From the human T2T-CHM13v2.0 reference genome, Homo sapiens: a DNA stretch of 64,000 nucleotides. Shown in pieces: positions 58,383 to 64,000 of this stretch. The DNA is taken from the NCBI RefSeq assembly GCF_009914755.1, contig NC_060927.1; one strand, 5' to 3'. The translations under genes were made by a program, and so were the position numbers. The notes beneath the pieces are model-generated. The model was not told where the DNA came from. It saw only the letters and a list, made by a program, of their open reading frames with translations, and ran no database searches. Each line of letters opens with the position of its first letter. Position 1 is the stretch's first letter.

Positions 58383-61300
58383 TTAATTTTCCCTTTTTGT
58401 GGGTACATAGCAGGTGTATATTTTATGGAATACATGAGATATTTTGATAAAGGCTATAATGCATAACAATCACGTCACGGTAATGAGATATTTGTTACCT
58501 CAAGCATTTATCCTTTGTGTTACAAACGATCCAATTATACTCTTTTATTTTAAGATATACAGTAAATTAGTGTTGACTGTACTTACCCTGTTGTACTATC
58601 AAATACTAGATTTTATTCATTCTAGCTAACTGTACTTTTGAATCAATTATCATCCCCACTTCTCCCTGAGTCCCTTCCCAGCCTCTGGTAGCCATCATTA
58701 TATTATCTGTCTCCATGTGTTCAATTGTTTTAATTTTTAGCTCACACAAGTAAGTGAGAAGAGGTGAAGTTTGTATTTCTGTGCCTGTCGTATTTTATTT
58801 AACATAATGTCCTTCCTCAAGTTCCATTATTGCTGCAAATGACAGGATCTCATTCTTTTTCATGACTGCATAGTACTCCATTGGGTTTTTGTGTTTATGC
58901 ACACACTGTCTTTATCCAGTCATCTGTTGATAGACACTTAGGTTGCTTCCAACTCTTAGCTATTGTGAATACTACTACCACAAACATGGGAGTGCAGATA
59001 TCTCTTCAATATGCTGATTTTGCTTCTTTTGGGTATATACCTAGCAGTGAGATTTCTGGGTCATATTTTAGTTCTATATTTAGTTTTTTGAGGAACCTCC
59101 AAACTATTCTCCATAGTGGCTATACTAATTTACATTCCCACCAACAATGTACGAGGGTTCCGTTTTCTCCACATCCTTGCTAGCGTTTATTATTACCTGT
59201 CTTTTGGATAAAAGCCATTTTAACTGGGATAAAATGGTATCTCACTGTAGTTTTGATTTGCATTTCTCTGATGATCAGTGATGTTGAGCACTTTTTTATA
59301 TTACTGTTTGCCATTTGCATGTCTTCTTTTGAGAAATGTCTATTTAGATCTTTTGCCCATTTTTTAATCAAATTATTTGAGTTTTTCCTGTTGAGTTGTT
59401 TGAGCTCCTTATATATTCAGGTTATTAATCCTTTGTCAGATGGTTAGTTTGCATATATTTTTTTCCTATTGTGTGGTTTGACTCTTCACTTCGTTGATTG
59501 TTTCATTTGCTTTGCAGAAGATTTTAACTTGATCTGATCGCATTTGTCCATTTTTGCCTTGGTGGCCTGTGCTTGTGGGGAATTACTCAAGAAATTTTGT
59601 CCAGAGCAATGTCCTGGAGAGTTTTCCCAATGTTTTCTTTTAATAAATTCATAGACTGTGGTCTTAGATTTAAATCCTTAATCCATTTTGAGTTGATTTT
59701 TGTGTATGGCTAGAGATAGTGTTCTAATTTTATTCTTCTGCCTGTGGATATCCTATTTTCTCAGCACTGTCTTTTCCCCAGAGAAGAGACTGTCTTTTCC
59801 CAGTGTATGTTCTTGGCACATTTGTCAAAAATGAGTTCACTGTAGATATATGGATTTGTTTCTGGGTTTTCTGTTCTGTTCTATTGACCTCTGTATCTTT
59901 TTATGCTAGTACCATGCTGTTTTGTTTACTATTGCATAATTTGAAGTCAGGTAATGTGATTCCTCAAGTTCTTTCTTTTGGCTCAAGATACCTTTTGTTT
60001 TCTGGGCCTTTTGGGGTTATATAGAAATTTTAGAATGTTTTTTCCATTTATGTGAAAAATGTAATGGGTGTTTTGATAGAAATTGCATTAGATTTGTAGA
60101 TTGTTTTTGGTAGCATGAATATTTTCACAATATTAATTATTCCAATCCATAAACATGGATTATCTTTCCATTTTCTTGTGTTCTCTTTAATTTATTGCAT
60201 TAATATTTTATAGTTTTCATTGTAGAGAGCTTTCTTTCCTTAGGTTCAGTTTAGTGCTGGATATTTTATTTTGTCTATAGCTATTGTACATAGGATTACA
60301 TTCTTGATTTTCAAATTGTGTGATGTTAACATATATTAATTTGTATATGTTTTTTAATCCTGCAACTTTACTGAATTTATCAGTTCTAATAGTTTTTTGG
60401 TGGAGTCTTTAGGTTTGTCCAATTATAAGATCATATTACCTGCAAACAAGTATAATTTGTCTTTTTCCTTTCCAATTTGGATGCCGTTTATTTCATTCTC
60501 TTGTTTGATTGCTCTAGCTATGGCTTCTAATAATACGTTGAATAACAGTGGTGAAAGTGGACATTCTTGTCTTACCCAAATGATACGGTTTGGGTTCGTG
60601 TCCCCACACAAATATCATGTTGAATTGTAATCCCCAGTGTTGGAAAAGGGGCCTGGTGGAAGAAGGGACTGATTTCCCCCTTGCCATTCTCATGATAGTG
60701 AGTGATTTCTCACAAGATCTGGTTGTTTGTGAAAGTGTGTAGCACCTCCTACTTCTCTCTTTCTCCTTCTCTAGCCATGTAGGACATGCCTGCTTCCCTT
60801 TTGCCTTCCGCCATGATGGTAAGTTTCCTGAGGCTGCCCCAGTCAGGCTTCTTGTACAGCCTGTGGAACTATGAGTCAACCCATTTTCTTAATAAATTAC
60901 CTAGTCTCGGGTAGTTCTTTATAGCAATGGGAGAACAGACTAATACACAGATCTTAGAGAAAAGGCTTTCAGGTTTTCCCCACTTACAATATTAGCTGTG
61001 GGTCTGTTATATACGGCTTTTATTATGTTGATGTATGTTCCTTCTATAACCTATTTTTTGAGGGTTTTTAGCTCATGGTGAATGCTGCCAGGCCTAGGTC
61101 TTCCCCTTCAAGGCAGTGACCTCCACTTCACCCCAGGGGAGGTACAGAAATGTCATCCAGAAGCCAAGCCCTGAAATTAGGGACCCCAGGAGCATGCTTG
61201 GTGCTCTACCTCACTGTGACCAAGCTGGTACCCAAGCTGCAAGACTAAATCCCCTTTACTCCTTCCACTCCTTTACTCAAGCAAAAGAAACCTCTCCCTG

Positions 61301-62229
61301 TAACCACAACAGCTGAGAATGTGCTGGGTCACACCTGAAACCACGGCCCACAGCAAGTACCACCTGGCCACCACGTGCTGATTATTCAAGGCCCAAGGTT
61401 TCTTTTATTCAGGAAGTGGTAAATCCTGACAAGGTGAGGTGATTACCTTCAAAACAATAGGTTGCTTTCTGGCCTTGGGTGTATCTAGAAATACCCTCTG
61501 GGAGCTAGGTCCTGGAATGAGGACTTCAGGACTCTGCCCGCTGCCCTATTCTACTGTGGCTGAGTAAGTTGTAAGACAAAGTTCGCTGTACTATTGTCCT
61601 TTCCTCATGCGGAAGGAGGGAGCCTCTCTTGGAACTGTGAGCTGCCTGCACTGCCCGCGGTTGGGGGAGGGGCGATGCAAGCACTCACTCACTTGGCTAC
61701 TCCTGGCTAGTGTCTTGCTAGTTTGCGCGCACCCCAAATTCTCCGGCTCTGAGCCCAGCACAGCAGAGCACTTTAGCTGCTGCTTGTAGGGCTTGTTAGA
61801 ACTCAGCTTCTGACTACTGGAATGGGTGATTTGCCTCTGTCTAGGGCTTTTCTAAATGCTCCCTCCATGGGCTCCAGCTAAGCTGTGCCCCATGTTGCTT
61901 TCTGCTGTGAGAGGCAGCAATTAGTTCCAATGCAAAGTGCCACAATCACTGCACTCTCCCTCACTGAAGTGCACAGATTTTCTCTGTGCCACATAGCCAC
62001 TGCCAGGGGATAAAGGAGGGGTGGGGTTAGTAATTCAAGACTGTCTTTCCAATCCTTTTCAGTGCCTGTTTCCTTAATATAATGTTAAAACCAGGTACTG
62101 TGATCACTCACCTAATTTTTGGTTCTTATGAAAATGCTTTTTTGTGTGGATGGTTGTTCAATTTGGTGTTCCTGTGAGGGAGACGATTGCTGCAGGCTTC
62201 TATTTGGTCATCTTGCTCTGCCTCTTCCC
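58383..62229 (-). mobile_element. L1MA2/3-like LINE with both ends but a large internal deletion
   Basis: 3' end TTTTTGTGGGTACATAG...CCTCAAGCATTTATCCTTTGTGTTACAAAC and 5' end GCAGAGCAAGATGACC (on -). TSD TCT(GG/CA)TTGTGATTTT at 58368-58382 and 62230-62244. Confidence 0.85.
60581..60947 (+). mobile_element. MSTA-like MaLR solo LTR
   Basis: TGATACGGTTTGG...ATGTTGAATTGTAATCCCCAGTGTTGGA...CAGACTAATACA, interrupting L1 ORF2. Confidence 0.88.
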
Positions 62230-62997
62230 TCTCATTGTGATTTTGACTTGCATTTCCCTGATGATTAGTGACATTGAGCATTGTTTATATACTTGAGACC
62301 ATTTGTATATCTTCTTTGGGGAATGTTCGCTCAAATCTCTAGCCCATTTTTAAATTAGATTATTAGTTTTCTGTTATTCCCTTGTAGGAATTAAAAAAAT
62401 ACTTTGGAGACTAATCCTTTACCAGATATATGGTTTACAAATACTTTCTTCCATTTAATAGGCTAACTTTTCACTCTGCTTATTGTCTTCTTTGTTGTGT
62501 AGTAGCTTTTTAGTTTGATGTAATCTCATTAGTCTGTTTTTGCTTTTGTTGCCTGAGCTATCAATATCATATTCATGGAATTGTTGCCAAGATTAATGTC
62601 ATGAAGTTTTTTCCCTGTGTTTACTTTGATAAATTTTACAATTTCAGATGTTACATTTATGTCATGAGTTTATTTTGAATTAATTTTTGTGTGTGGTATG
62701 AGAACACAGTACAACTTTTTTGCATGTGGATGTCCAGGTATTTTTGCATGCATATATTCCCAACACCATTTGTTAAAGAAATGATCTTTCCCCATTATGT
62801 ATTATTGGCATTCTTATTGACGATCAGTTGAGCCTATATGCATTAATTTGTTTCTGGGCTATTTTGTTTCAATGGTTTATGTGTTTGTCTTTATGCCAAT
62901 ACTATACTGTTTTGATTACTTTAGCTTTATAACATATTTTGAAAATAGGAAGTGTGATGCCTCCAGTTTTTTTTTGAAAAAATCAATATTTATTTGG

Positions 62998-63280
62998 TAT
63001 ACAAAGTTACAGTTAGACAGGAAGAGTAATTCCTGTTGTTTTATTACACAATATTGTGACTATAGCACATAACAACATAGTGTATATTTCAAGATCGTTA
63101 GAAGATTTTGAATCTTATCACAAAGATGTGAAAATGATTTAAAGTGATGAATATGGTAATTACTCCACTTTGATCATTGTACAATGTATGCATGCATTGA
63201 AACATCACATCGTACTCCATATATATGTGCAATTATTATGTGTCAATTATAAATTTAAAGGTTAATTTAAAAAAATAAAA
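62998..63280 (+). mobile_element. L1MA (L1MA4-7-like) 3' end fragment
   Basis: TACAAAGTTACAGTTAGACAGGA...TTTGATCATT.TACA...ATTATGTGTCAATT followed by an A-run. Confidence 0.8.
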
Positions 63281-64000
63281 TGCCTTGGAAAATGAATACA
63301 GAGATAGAAAGCAAACACCACGTAAAGATGTTCTTAAAAAGTAAATGAATGAATGAATAAAGAAACAGAAACTGCATGAGAGAGAAAAGAGATATTTGGC
63401 TATTTCTAGTCTTTTGTGGTTTCATATAAATTTCAGAATTGTCTTTTCTATTTCTGTAAAAAAATGCCATAGGGATTTTGAGGAGGATTTCATTGAATTT
63501 GTAAATAATTTTGGAAAGTATGAACATTTTAACAATGCTAAGCCTTCCAATCAATGAACACAGAATGTCTTTCCATTTGTGTTTTCCTTAATTTCTCTCA
63601 TCAATGTTTTGTAGTTTTCTGCACATAAGTCTTTTGCTTTTTTAGTTGTTTTATTTTTAAGTGTTTTATTCATTATCATGCTACTGTAAATGGAATTGTT
63701 TTCTTAGTTCCCTTTCAGATAGTTTGTTCTTTGCGTGTAGAAATATTTCTGAGTTTTGTATGTTGACTTTGTATCCTAACTTTATTGAATTTCTTTATTA
63801 GGTCTAATAGTGTTTAAGTGGAGTTTTTAGGGTTTTCTATTTATGGTGTCATTTCATCTGCAAACAGAGATAATTCTACTTTTTCCTTTCAAAATTTGAT
63901 TTATTTTGTTCCTTCTTTTTGCTTACTTGCTCTGGCTAAGACTTTCAGTAATATGTTGAATAAAAGTGGAAAGAGTGGGAATAATTGACTTTCTCCTGAT

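Overview
This is AT-rich, repeat-dense human genomic DNA; the AluYa8 and AluYa5 copies, young human-lineage subfamilies, identify the species. I find no supportable intact host gene exon. Most of the window is a multi-layer nest of transposable elements: (1) the 5' part of an old primate L1 at 1-4858 with a THE1 LTR in its 5'UTR; (2) a full-length L1PB1 at 22671-30169 inside an MST/MLT1A LTR, itself carrying AluYa8, AluYa5 and an L1PA 3' fragment; (3) an ancient L1ME-type element at ~31.6-43.1 kb split by an LTR, an L1MC/MD, MER2, an L1MA and a FRAM; (4) a processed NIPA2 pseudogene at ~43370-45095; (5) a Ricksha (MULE) DNA transposon at 45221-47604; (6) a full-length, non-autonomous L1PA2 at 51783-57837 with an intact antisense ORF0, nested with L1MA elements and MaLR LTRs. 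The most interesting signals are unusual retrotransposition products: a chimeric Alu-monomer/L1 insertion under one TSD pair, an apparent orphan retrocopy of L2-containing DNA inside a younger MER2, and a probable ancient L1MA 3' transduction. I see no evidence of a genuinely new biological system. Subfamily names come from recalled consensus sequences and should be confirmed with RepeatMasker/Dfam.
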